Assembly: GCA_048938105.1 (NCBI GenBank)
Contig: JBHLMN010000003.1
Span: forward strand, 192,001-256,000
DNA length: 64,000 bases
From: Promethearchaeota archaeon
GTDB lineage: Archaea > Asgardarchaeota > Heimdallarchaeia > Hodarchaeales > Hodarchaeaceae
Direction: 5' to 3'
The notes under the pieces are model-generated. The model ran no database searches and was not told where the DNA came from. It worked only from the letters and a program-made list of their open reading frames with translations. Positions within the stretch are counted from its first letter, which is position 1; each line of letters starts with the position of its first letter. Both the position numbers and the translations under genes were made by a program. Shown here piece after piece: positions 8,958-18,824 of this stretch.

Positions 8958-10337
8958 TTACATGTAATCTATAGCTTCAATGAGACTATTCTCAAATACT
9001 TCTAAAATATGATCAGAGTCCTCACGAGTGATAATTAATGGGGGTTTTATTTTTAGGATATTCCTAAAGAGTTTTCCACTATCTGAGGATATGGGGGCAG
9101 AATGACCAAAGATGACTCCCTGACTCATAGCCTCCTCAATGAGATCGGAGCATAAAGCATTAGCAGGTTCTTTAGTTTCAGGATCTTTGATGAGCTCAAT
9201 TCCAATAAAAAGCCCTGGACACCTAATATCTCCAATAACATCATATTTTTTTTGCAATTGCTTTAATTTGGATGTTAGGTAATCACCCTGTTCACGAGTG
9301 TTTTTTAAAAGATCAGCTTTTTCAATATAGTTGAGAAACACCAAACCCGAGGCAAACATGAGCGGATTAGCACCGAAAGTCGTGTGTTCCTCTGCAGCAT
9401 TGAATCCAATCAAATTATCTCTAGCAATTGTTACTCCCATTGGTAAACCACCACCAATTGCCTTTGTAAGACAAGTAATGTCAGGAATAACTCCATTATA
9501 GTAATCTGATGCAAACCAATAACCAATACGAGTAAAAACTTGTGATTCATCAAAAATTAAGAAGATATCATTCTTTTGAGTGAATTGTTGAAGTCCTTGA
9601 AGATATCTTTCAGGAGCAGGGATGTGACCACCTGGTGCTTGTAATGGCTCCATCAATATTCCACATACTTTGTCAACTGATCCATACTCAATCATATATT
9701 TTGCAAGTTCTAAACACTCTAAATGACAGGTTTTCTCACTCTCTTGGCCCATAGGACAACGATAACAATAAGGAAAAGGTATTTTAGAGACTTTATCAAA
9801 ACCCCAAGGCCGAAAGCGCGTCACGCCAGCAAATCGAGTAGAAAGGGTCATAGTAGCTAGGGAACTACCATGATAACTTCGAGTAAAGGTATAGAAATGT
9901 TCTGCATCTGGTTTATTAATCATAGCTAAACGTAAAGCAGCTTCAACAGCTGCTCCGCCCCCCATTGCATTAACCGCGATCTTTTTTAGGTTTCCAGGGG
10001 TAATACTAGCCAATTTGTGAATGAATTTAATACGAGGAACAGTTGGAAAACCATAACGAACATGGGTCAACCGTTTTAATTGTTCCCCTACAGCAAACGC
10101 AACATCAGGATTGGCAAAGCCAATATTACATGTCCATGCTTGAGCCGTACAATCCAAAAATTCTTTCCCAGTATAATCTTTTAAGTAAGCTCCATGACCT
10201 TCAAGAAATAATTGATCATAGAAAGGTACTAAGCTTTTTTTATGAACCTCATCTATTTCATTATCAGTTATGTCTGTGATCCAAGATAATATTTCATCAT
10301 CTTTGAAAAGTCGTTTTTGATGCTCCATTTTCATCAT
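8958..10337 (-). CDS. Class-III PLP enzyme, probable amino-alcohol-phosphate phospho-lyase (ETNPPL/PHYKPL-like) rather than a transaminase
   Basis: Class-III motifs 'SYHG', 'FDESQ', 'TKAIGGG', 'HTTFGANP'. Carries 'NILKIKPPL' and 'THVRY' as in phospho-lyases. The fold call is firm; the lyase call is inference. Confidence 0.8.
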   Translation of the reverse strand: MMKMEHQKRLFKDDEILSWITDITDNEIDEVHKKSLVPFYDQLFLEGHGAYLKDYTGKEFLDCTAQAWTCNIGFANPDVAFAVGEQLKRLTHVRYGFPTVPRIKFIHKLASITPGNLKKIAVNAMGGGAAVEAALRLAMINKPDAEHFYTFTRSYHGSSLATMTLSTRFAGVTRFRPWGFDKVSKIPFPYCYRCPMGQESEKTCHLECLELAKYMIEYGSVDKVCGILMEPLQAPGGHIPAPERYLQGLQQFTQKNDIFLIFDESQVFTRIGYWFASDYYNGVIPDITCLTKAIGGGLPMGVTIARDNLIGFNAAEEHTTFGANPLMFASGLVFLNYIEKADLLKNTREQGDYLTSKLKQLQKKYDVIGDIRCPGLFIGIELIKDPETKEPANALCSDLIEEAMSQGVIFGHSAPISSDSGKLFRNILKIKPPLIITREDSDHILEVFENSLIEAIDYM

Positions 10338-10521
10338 TCAGCCTTTAGGTTAGTTTATACTATAAAGAACTGTGATGGTTAAGAATTTTTCTAGATGCTC
10401 CTAGTTTCCCCTTACAAATGACATCTATGACTATATATCATGAAAAATACAATATAGAGATGATAATAATTCTTGATTCAAATCAAGAAAATTAATCAAT
10501 AACTAGAAGAGAATAAAACAA

Positions 10522-10899
10522 TCATTCACGGATTCGTTCTTTCATACTAAATGGAAGATCCCCATATTCTTCAGTTAATAGCTTCGTGAATCTAATTTTA
10601 TATTTCTCTTTAGGTAATGGGTTAACTCGTTCAAAATACAATGTAGCTAGAGTTTTAACAGAGAATTTAACTGGATTCTGCTCTGTTATTTCCTTATTAT
10701 TCACTTTCTCTCCATCGAGATCAATTGTAAAATCTTTAAACTTCTCTTTTTCTATTGATTCGCTTTTAATCTCCAGTTTTATTGGAGCGATAATAGTTGC
10801 ATCACTTATAGTATTTTTCATTTGGAGTTGGAATCCACTCTCATTATTCTTGAACGATTTTTTTACAAATAACTGACGTAGTAAATCCTCGTTTACCAT
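10522..10899 (-). CDS. Small beta-rich conserved hypothetical protein (DUF6379-like / resembles the N-terminal accessory domain of some HMG-CoA reductases)
   Basis: 'LLRQLFVKKSFKNNESGFQLQMKNTISDATI' pattern; SD-like AGGAG before ATG. Confidence 0.5.
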   Translation of the reverse strand: MVNEDLLRQLFVKKSFKNNESGFQLQMKNTISDATIIAPIKLEIKSESIEKEKFKDFTIDLDGEKVNNKEITEQNPVKFSVKTLATLYFERVNPLPKEKYKIRFTKLLTEEYGDLPFSMKERIRE

Positions 10900-11115
10900 A
10901 ATTTAATACTCCTTTGTGAAATATAAAGCATAGGAGGGTATTTCATACCTCCAATCATGAAATAGAAAATTATACTTTAAATTTATTGATAATATATTTT
11001 TTGAGAGCTATTATATCATGAAGATAATAGCCAGATATTTGGGAACATTTATGAGATTAATAATTAAAAATAAGACTCAAGATAATAATTCTGATTTATG
11101 GATAGATGAAAAGAG

Positions 11116-14064
11116 ATGAAGAAGCATAACTGGGGAATTACTTTTATTTTGATATTTTGTTTGATTTCTGTTTTTTCGGCCACAAAGACCACAGAATCTT
11201 CAAATAGTAAATTATCTAGACCTCTAGAAACACCCCAAGCGACCTTTTCTATCGCTGATAGTGAGGGCCCCATTATTGGATTACCATCTTTAAATAACAC
11301 GAATCCTAATAGTGATGAAGGTGTTGAGGTAACGTTTCCTATTGATGATATTGACGGTGTGCAAAATGCGACATTATTCTGGGAATATACTTTCAATAAC
11401 AGTCAATATAATCACACGGTTTACAATACAATTAGCGATCGTGAAATTCGTTTAAGAAATACTGACTTTCCTAATCCTGTCTATATTTATCAGACTGGTG
11501 TAGAAAGCCCATCTATAACAAATTGGGTATATGGTGAATACATCTTTAATGAATCATGTGTTTCAGTGATAGATATAACAATCGAAGGAGATTTTCGTTC
11601 CAATTTAGTTTATGTCCTTATCCAAGCAAAGAATATTTCTACAGGCTTATGGCAAACTGTCCATGAGAATGGTGCTGATGGATATACGCAAACTCTACCA
11701 GGAAATGATGAAGATTATTATAGTAACGACCTTACACTTGGTTATAAAATCAGTGCGGTAACATATAATAGTGGTGGGGATCCTAATCCTCCTGAATTTG
11801 ATACTCTTGACATTTGGCGAGAGGAAGTTGTGTGGGATATTCCTGCGGCAAACAAAGCTACTTTTGTAGACTATTATGTTAGAGCATTTGATGACCTTAA
11901 CCAAAGTATTTTGTCGCCCACATACACCTTCCTCATGGATTATACCCCTTCTGTATCAATTATGGCGGTACCACCTGTTCTTAGTGCAAACGACGACTAT
12001 ATTCTTAATGTTTCAGTAATAGACCGAGATGGAACAGTAAACAAAAGCAGTGGTGTTGCTTATTATCAATTTGTTGGTGATACCAATTGGACTGCAATTA
12101 GTTTGAATCATCAATATAAAATACCAACTGTACCATATCCAACTCACTTTTTTAATGGTACAATTCCAGCTAGTAACCTTGGAAATGTTGAGACTTATTT
12201 GATTGTTAGGGTTAATGTTTCTGACATGGTAGAAGACAAAAAAGGACGCGAAGGGACTTCTGGAGATCGTTGGATTCGTATCGATAGCCTAGCCCCGAGA
12301 GTTAGCGATATATCGATCGATGGTGGGACTATTATTGAGAATGTTACGTTACCCACTTCACCAGTGTATATCGAAGCAGAATTCGTGGATGCAAGGGGAA
12401 TTAAGTCAGTATTCATCTATTATTCCCTACCAAATGGAACAATACCAATCAAAAAGGAAATGACAAATTTATCATTCACGAGTCCCTATGATTCTCCTGT
12501 ATGGTTTAATGTCACCTTACCTAAGTCAAACATAACTGCTTTTGTAGAGTACTTTTTCGAAACAGAAGACTTTTTTGGAAATAAAGGAAATACTTCGGTA
12601 AATTTCTATTATTCAGACGGATCAGGACCAGTATTAGATACTCTTTCCCTATATCCATCTGTTATTAGTAACTATACTAAAGTACTTGTCCTTTTCAATT
12701 CATCTGATTATTCTGGAACAATGCAATCAGTAGTTTGGTATAGTTTTGACAATCAAATATCTTGGATACCTATTGGGGCTAATCAAATTAATTATCAAGC
12801 CAATATGGACTCAGAAACTTTCACAGCAACTGATCTTCATTATATAAAAGATAACGCAATGAGTTATTTCCCTCTTGAAGTAATTCGAAGCATACCTGTA
12901 GATGAAGCAATATTAACGTTTGAAATAACTCATGAAATGCCCACTGATTTACGAATTTGGCTCAAATTAGACGATGGCAGACGATTCTTACTCTATGATC
13001 GTGAACCTGGTCCAAATACTTTTACCAGAAATATTGATCTTACAAATTTAGGCATTAACGAAAATGATTTCACTAAGGGGAATTTTACTCTGGAAATTCA
13101 AGATTTTTCAGATATCTATTCTGGGTCAATCTTAAATTTCGAAATTGAAATTAGGGATTATAAGTATCCACTTGGCTACCAATATTACGTAGAGATTCCA
13201 GCTTCAGTAAATGATACAATAGTGTTTTTCTATATCAATATGACGGATAATCTGTGGAATTCAGAAAACACCTCCCTCTATCAATACTATGCAGATGGTA
13301 CCGCTCCAAATATAAATATGATACAACTTTCATCACCCATGAATCTTGCTGGAAAACATTATATTCGAGTATCTGCAAATATTATAGATCAAGGAGGTGT
13401 TTTTGGAGCAGATGCTTACTACAAATTTTCTGAGGACGATTATTGGGTTATAGGTACAATGTCTCTAAACAGTACATCAGGAAATTACTTCTTTGATGTT
13501 CCCATTTCCAGTGAAAATGGAACATTGTTTTATAAAGTCCGTGCTTTTGATCTTGCAGGACTTTCATCGGAAACAGCAGTATATTCAGTAAGTTACTCTC
13601 ATGGTCTAGCTCCATTTATCGAAATTCAAGGAATTCCTTACCCATCCCCACTTGATATGGAAGGTAAAAATACAATCAGGATTTGGGCTAATGTTACAGA
13701 TTTTGATGGACAAGTTGTCAACTGCACTATTGGTTACCGATTTACTGATGCTGATGAATGGAAATTTGAGGACATGGTTTATGATGAGGAGACAGGTTAC
13801 TATTACTTCGATGTCAAAGTCAATACAAAGAGTGGTAATTTGACTTTCATCATCGTGGCTTCTGATAATCTGGACTTAACATCGGAAAGTGACCCCTATA
13901 CAATTGAATTCGTTAATGCTGGTACCACTCCTGGACTTCCAACTGATCTTCTCCTCTTTGGAACTGTTTTAGCTGTTGGCGGAGGTGGATCAATAGCAGC
14001 AATTGTTTATTTATCTAAAAAGGGAAAACTCAAACTTCCTGAGAGATTTAGTAGAGGAGACTGA
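11116..14064 (+). CDS. Secreted, C-terminally anchored surface glycoprotein with tandem Ig-like repeats and a proprotein-convertase P-domain
   Basis: Signal peptide; repeats ending 'YYVRAFD/YFFETED/FYINMTD/YKVRAFD/FIIVASD'; P-domain 'ITHEMPTDLRIWL...GNFTLEIQD...GSILNFEIEI'; many N-x-S/T sequons; C-terminal TM plus basic tail. Confidence 0.8.
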   Translation: MKKHNWGITFILIFCLISVFSATKTTESSNSKLSRPLETPQATFSIADSEGPIIGLPSLNNTNPNSDEGVEVTFPIDDIDGVQNATLFWEYTFNNSQYNHTVYNTISDREIRLRNTDFPNPVYIYQTGVESPSITNWVYGEYIFNESCVSVIDITIEGDFRSNLVYVLIQAKNISTGLWQTVHENGADGYTQTLPGNDEDYYSNDLTLGYKISAVTYNSGGDPNPPEFDTLDIWREEVVWDIPAANKATFVDYYVRAFDDLNQSILSPTYTFLMDYTPSVSIMAVPPVLSANDDYILNVSVIDRDGTVNKSSGVAYYQFVGDTNWTAISLNHQYKIPTVPYPTHFFNGTIPASNLGNVETYLIVRVNVSDMVEDKKGREGTSGDRWIRIDSLAPRVSDISIDGGTIIENVTLPTSPVYIEAEFVDARGIKSVFIYYSLPNGTIPIKKEMTNLSFTSPYDSPVWFNVTLPKSNITAFVEYFFETEDFFGNKGNTSVNFYYSDGSGPVLDTLSLYPSVISNYTKVLVLFNSSDYSGTMQSVVWYSFDNQISWIPIGANQINYQANMDSETFTATDLHYIKDNAMSYFPLEVIRSIPVDEAILTFEITHEMPTDLRIWLKLDDGRRFLLYDREPGPNTFTRNIDLTNLGINENDFTKGNFTLEIQDFSDIYSGSILNFEIEIRDYKYPLGYQYYVEIPASVNDTIVFFYINMTDNLWNSENTSLYQYYADGTAPNINMIQLSSPMNLAGKHYIRVSANIIDQGGVFGADAYYKFSEDDYWVIGTMSLNSTSGNYFFDVPISSENGTLFYKVRAFDLAGLSSETAVYSVSYSHGLAPFIEIQGIPYPSPLDMEGKNTIRIWANVTDFDGQVVNCTIGYRFTDADEWKFEDMVYDEETGYYYFDVKVNTKSGNLTFIIVASDNLDLTSESDPYTIEFVNAGTTPGLPTDLLLFGTVLAVGGGGSIAAIVYLSKKGKLKLPERFSRGD

Positions 14065-14111
14065 ATGAGAAATTAAGAATTTTCTTAGTTTCCTCTTATT
14101 TTCTTTTTATG

Positions 14112-15308
14112 TTAAAAATCGATCTCTTTACCTGTAAAAACACACTCAACGATTTTCTCGAAATCCTCATAATCTAATGGTCGTGGATTTGAGAGAGATC
14201 CTGAATCATTCAACGCATATTCAATCAAGCTCTCACGATTTGTTTCATATTGTTCCTTAGTGACTTTCATATCTTGTAACGAAAGAGGTAGTTCGAATTT
14301 GATCAGTAGGTCTTTAAACGCGTTAATTAGCTTGGATGTTAATTCCTCATCAGAAGCTCCATTCATATCAACTAAACGAGCTAAATCAGCAATTCGTTGT
14401 GGCTCAGTATTCTTATTATACATTAAAGAATACCAACACATTGTCCCAATGCAAACTGAATGAGGAATTTTAAACACAGCTCCTATACTGTGGGCTAAGG
14501 AATGAGATAAGATAATTTGAGAATTACCAAAACCCCAGCCTGCCATGGTGGCGGCATTATGAAGTTTCTCAAGCGTTTCTGTATCTATTTCACCATTTCG
14601 GCCCTGTTTGATTGCAATTGGAAGGTTTTCCCACACGAGCTTAAAGGAATGTCTTAATAAAGCGTCTGAGAAGTCGTTCCGCCAATCAGAAAGGTAACCA
14701 TCGATTGAATGACACAAAGCATCCATCCCAGTGCCTGCACGAAGAAGAAGAGGCATTGTTTTTGTAAAAATAGGATCGAGAATAATCACATCCCCAACGA
14801 GTTCACGATTAGCAAATGAAGCTTTACGATCAACTTTATCAGATTCATCAGTGAGAACCGCGGCCCAGGTAGCATCACTCCCTGTCCCACTCGTTGTAGG
14901 GATGTTAATTAATTTACATTTTGTTTTTTCTCTGAGATTTATAGCTCCAACTGGATCGAGCCCCTCGATTGCATCAAGGCCCTTATCGAAATCAGCCCAG
15001 ATTGGCCACATCCCTTTAGCTGAATCAAGGACACTACCCCCACCCAACGCAATAATGACATCTGGCTGACTTTTAGCTAATATTTTGGCTCCTTTTTGGA
15101 CAATCTGTAAAGTTGGTTCACCAAGGATTTCATCAAATACCGTTATCTTAGTATTATTCTTTTTCAGCTTTTCTTCGACTTTCTTGAGATGTAATTTCTT
15201 CATTGTAGGATCAGTTACAATGAAGACATGCTTAAAAGTCTGTTCAGTAAGATAATCTAAAGCATCTTCACCAAATATTACTTTACGCGGATTAGTAAAA
15301 TCCCACAT
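14112..15308 (-). CDS. Iron-containing alcohol dehydrogenase
   Basis: 'GGGSVLDSAK', 'PTTSGTGSD', 'GMDALCHSID', 'HSLAHSIG...IPHS'. Confidence 0.95.
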   Translation of the reverse strand: MWDFTNPRKVIFGEDALDYLTEQTFKHVFIVTDPTMKKLHLKKVEEKLKKNNTKITVFDEILGEPTLQIVQKGAKILAKSQPDVIIALGGGSVLDSAKGMWPIWADFDKGLDAIEGLDPVGAINLREKTKCKLINIPTTSGTGSDATWAAVLTDESDKVDRKASFANRELVGDVIILDPIFTKTMPLLLRAGTGMDALCHSIDGYLSDWRNDFSDALLRHSFKLVWENLPIAIKQGRNGEIDTETLEKLHNAATMAGWGFGNSQIILSHSLAHSIGAVFKIPHSVCIGTMCWYSLMYNKNTEPQRIADLARLVDMNGASDEELTSKLINAFKDLLIKFELPLSLQDMKVTKEQYETNRESLIEYALNDSGSLSNPRPLDYEDFEKIVECVFTGKEIDF

Positions 15309-15339
15309 CTTTTAAGGCTCCCTTACGAGTGAAAAATGA

Positions 15340-15777
15340 TCACGGATACTCTACATCTTCGATCTGTGTGCATTTGACAAGTTCCTGTGTGGCTTTCACA
15401 GCACGTAACATTTTAGCCATATTTTTGGGACTACATTGGACTTTGAATTTACGTTGAAGAACCCCCTTTAATGGATCCAGTGTCGTATCGAAAACCTTTA
15501 ACCAATGGCCATATTTGCCGCCAAAAATATATGCTACGTTTTCTGGGGCAGGTTTTTCAGGAGTTACGTAATAAGCTCCTCGACATTTGCCATGCCACAG
15601 ATCCACGTATACCCTTCGTTCCTCAGTAAAGGTACCTGTACCATCAGGAGTAAATATGAATACAAAATCTCCTTCCCAAGTAGCAGCTGCTTTTGCGTAC
15701 GCTTCACTTCCGTTAAGTTTCTTCACAACAGCATCTAGCCACTCCTGTTCGCCGAATATGATTTTATCATTACCCAT
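15340..15777 (-). CDS. SCP2 sterol/lipid-binding domain protein
   Basis: 'FG..EWLD...KLN....YAKAAATWEGDF...DLWHGKCR...LDPLKGVLQRKFKV'. ATG at 15777 is preceded by SD AGGAGG; track start 15936 is over-extended. Confidence 0.85.
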   Translation of the reverse strand: MGNDKIIFGEQEWLDAVVKKLNGSEAYAKAAATWEGDFVFIFTPDGTGTFTEERRVYVDLWHGKCRGAYYVTPEKPAPENVAYIFGGKYGHWLKVFDTTLDPLKGVLQRKFKVQCSPKNMAKMLRAVKATQELVKCTQIEDVEYP

Positions 15778-15961
15778 TTTATCATTCCTCCTAAATTGAC
15801 CAATTAATTGTATTAGTTTGAGAATATTAGGACACGATTTAAGAGTTACTGTGAGTGCCTCACCCATTCTAAACTTTACAATAGCTAAATAAATTGAAGA
15901 TAGAGAAAAAACTAAAAACCTAAATAATGAAACCAATTCAGTATTTTGGGGTATTTATAAA

Positions 15962-17836
15962 ATGTATGGTTATATAGGTAAGATATTACGAGTGAACCTG
16001 TCAAATGGAACAATAACGGAAGAATTTCCTGATAATGATACTTTGAAAATGTTTCTAGGGGGAGCGGGACTAGCAACTAAATATCTCTTCGATGAAGTCA
16101 AAGCAGGAATCGATCCTCTGGGTCCTGAAAATAAACTTATTTTCATGACTGGCCCGATGACTGGTACTTCATCTCCTAGCACAGGACGATATTCAGTAGT
16201 TGCTAAATCTCCTCTTACAGGATTCTGGGGTCATGCGAACTCAGGAGGGTTTTGGGGGCGAGATCTCAAGAGATCAGGCTTTGATGGGGTTATTTTCGAG
16301 GGAGTCTCTGAAAAACCCGTCTATCTTGTAACTGATGAAGGAAAATTCGAACTAAAAGATGCTACGCATCTTTGGGGTAAAAACACCTCAGAAACAACAA
16401 GACTAATCAAAGAAGAGCTTGGAGAGAAGTTCAATGTCGCTTGTATAGGAATTGGAGGAGAAAATTTAGTCAAGTTCGCGGCAATAATGAATGATGCTAA
16501 TGAAGCAAATTGGGGTCGGGCTGCTGGAAGATGTGGTTTAGGAGCAGTTATGGGATCTAAAAAGTTGAAAGCTGTCGCCTCACGGGGCACAGCAAAAATC
16601 AATGTTTCAGATCCAGCTAAATATAAAGAGGAGGCGAAGAAGCGGTTCGATTGGGTAAATCAGAGCTTGTTAAAAATATCCCTCGAAGTATTCGGAACAG
16701 CTGTAATGCTTGATCTTGTTAATGAAAAAGGTGGATTTCCTACCAGAAATTTTCAACTTGGGATGTTTAAGGAATCAGCGAAAATTAATGGTGAGGCGAT
16801 TAATGATAACATACTCGTTGAAAGAAAACCATGTTTTGCATGTCCCATCCATTGTGGAAGGATCTCGGAAATTAAAACAGGACCATACTCTAGCAAGGGA
16901 GAAGGGCCAGAATATGAGTCACTATGCTCTCTTGGTAGTATGTGTGACATCGATAACCTAGAGGCAATCACATATGCTCACTTTCTATGCAATGAGTATG
17001 GTTTAGATTCGATATCTACAGGAGCAACAATTGCCTTTGCAATGGAGTGTGTTGAAAAGGGAATTCTATCTGATACTGATGGATTAGAGATTAGCTTTGG
17101 TGATGCAAATGTCATGCTTGAACTTGTTCATCGAATTGCTAAAAGAGAAGGAAAACTTGGAAATTTGTTAGCTGAAGGGACAAAGGTTATTTCTGAAAAA
17201 TTGGGCCACGGATCCGAAAAATTTGCCATGCATGTTAAAGGTCTCGAATTACCAGCATATGATAGTAGATCAGCAAAGATAACAGGTGTAGGATTCGCTA
17301 CTGCTAATCGTGGAGGAGACCATATGACTTCTTTCATTGAGGGACCTACCTTTTTGGCTCTACCATTCACTCTTGTTGATGGTGAACTAAGTGATGACCT
17401 AGAAGCAACTCCAGAGGATACTAGAATTCTCAAAGATTATGAGGATGCTTTTGGTGTATTTGACTCCATTGGTGGTTGTAAGTTCATGGGAATGGTACTT
17501 ACAGGAGAGGACTGGGCAACATTAATTGCCACACTCTTCGGTTGGGAAGACTTCACTGAAAAGGATTTTCGAAAAACAGGTGAAAGAATTTTTAATCTTC
17601 AAAGAGCCTATAATATCAGAGAAGGGTTAACCAGAGCTGATGATACACTTCCAAAACGGTTATTAGAAGAACCAATGCCTGAGGGGCCCGCGAAAGGACA
17701 TACGGTGGATCTGGAACCTCTTTTGGACGCTTATTACGCAAATCGAGGATGGAATAAAGATGGAATCCCAACTTCTGATAAACTTCAAGAATTAGGATTA
17801 GATTGGTTATCGAAAGAGATAAGCAAAGATTATTAA
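15962..17836 (+). CDS. aor: Tungsten-containing aldehyde:ferredoxin oxidoreductase
   Basis: 'GYIGKILRVNLS', 'KSPLTG', 'RAAGRCGLGAVMGSKKLKA', 'CFACPIHC', 'EGPEYE', 'DTLPKRLLEEP', 'YY..RGW..DGIP'. Confidence 0.96.
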   Translation: MYGYIGKILRVNLSNGTITEEFPDNDTLKMFLGGAGLATKYLFDEVKAGIDPLGPENKLIFMTGPMTGTSSPSTGRYSVVAKSPLTGFWGHANSGGFWGRDLKRSGFDGVIFEGVSEKPVYLVTDEGKFELKDATHLWGKNTSETTRLIKEELGEKFNVACIGIGGENLVKFAAIMNDANEANWGRAAGRCGLGAVMGSKKLKAVASRGTAKINVSDPAKYKEEAKKRFDWVNQSLLKISLEVFGTAVMLDLVNEKGGFPTRNFQLGMFKESAKINGEAINDNILVERKPCFACPIHCGRISEIKTGPYSSKGEGPEYESLCSLGSMCDIDNLEAITYAHFLCNEYGLDSISTGATIAFAMECVEKGILSDTDGLEISFGDANVMLELVHRIAKREGKLGNLLAEGTKVISEKLGHGSEKFAMHVKGLELPAYDSRSAKITGVGFATANRGGDHMTSFIEGPTFLALPFTLVDGELSDDLEATPEDTRILKDYEDAFGVFDSIGGCKFMGMVLTGEDWATLIATLFGWEDFTEKDFRKTGERIFNLQRAYNIREGLTRADDTLPKRLLEEPMPEGPAKGHTVDLEPLLDAYYANRGWNKDGIPTSDKLQELGLDWLSKEISKDY

Positions 17837-17843
17837 TGGTAAC

Positions 17844-18725
17844 CTAAGTTTTTAACATCTTTCGCAGCTGTTCACGTTGAAGTAAGGTAGTTTTTCTTAA
17901 AAACCGATAGTGTTTCGATTTACGGGAGGGGATAGGAATCCTCTCTAGAGGAGCAGCAAACGCTCGTTCTACTACATTAAAATAATACTTCTCTTCAATT
18001 AACATCAAAAAACGAATAGACCACATAATTTTGTCAACGATTTCTCTTGCCGTGGGAAAGAAGTCAGGATCAGATTCTTTCCACCCTTTAGAACGAGTAT
18101 ATTCTTTAAATATCAAGGGTTCCCCGATTCGAATGGATATATTAGCCTTAAATCTTGGTATGAATTGTCCAGATCTCAACGCCTCATACGCACCATGAAG
18201 ATAGAACGGAATGATTGGGATTTTTCCATTGGTTTTCAAAATTATTCTTCCAACACCAGTACGACCTTCTTGCGCTAAATTATGAAAATCATGAAAAGGT
18301 GTACGCCCAATTCGCTTTCCTTGAGGAGAAATATATACCGCATAACCATGTTTCAAGAGTTTAATTGCGGTAGTTAGGGCAGGTTTTGGATTTTCTTTAA
18401 AAACGGGAAATGCACCAAGATAGCGAGTCAACCCAAAGAACTTATTTTCCATCATTGCTTTTCCAGATGCCATAAATGCTAAAAAGTCTCTTGAACCCTG
18501 GGGTTTTACGATTGCAGACCCAAATAAAACAGAATCAAGATGAGACTGATGATTTCCACAAAATATAACAGGTGTTCCCTCTGGGAGTTTGTTACTATGC
18601 TCTATACCATAAACATTAAACTTGAAGAAAAATCGGCTCCATAGGGGCACAAATGCTCTTATAAAACAATAAAAAGCTCTTTGAAGAAATGACCAATCCC
18701 TGAAAGAGGCTACATTGTACTTCAT
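17844..18725 (-). CDS. Lysophospholipid/1-acyl-sn-glycerol-3-phosphate acyltransferase (PlsC family)
   Basis: Motif I NHQSHLD, 'LGAFPV', motif III variant 'ISPQGKR', 'IPIIP'. Confidence 0.88.
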   Translation of the reverse strand: MKYNVASFRDWSFLQRAFYCFIRAFVPLWSRFFFKFNVYGIEHSNKLPEGTPVIFCGNHQSHLDSVLFGSAIVKPQGSRDFLAFMASGKAMMENKFFGLTRYLGAFPVFKENPKPALTTAIKLLKHGYAVYISPQGKRIGRTPFHDFHNLAQEGRTGVGRIILKTNGKIPIIPFYLHGAYEALRSGQFIPRFKANISIRIGEPLIFKEYTRSKGWKESDPDFFPTAREIVDKIMWSIRFLMLIEEKYYFNVVERAFAAPLERIPIPSRKSKHYRFLRKTTLLQREQLRKMLKT

Positions 18726-18824
18726 TTTACTCTTAAAGTATTATAGGAGTTAATTATAAATGTTTAGGGATTATTAATATTATAACCTCTATTAAGTTTT
18801 TGACGGTTTTTCCTCTGTATAGAA

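Noticed and set aside
10930-10955. GGAGGGTA/TACCTCC hairpin with a possible 17-codon uORF upstream of the 10522-10899 gene
   Set aside because: The stem is short and the ATG directly abuts the SD-like sequence; too weak to call.
15778-15936. N-terminal extension of the SCP2 ORF
   Set aside because: It spans the divergent promoter region; a strong SD precedes ATG 15777.
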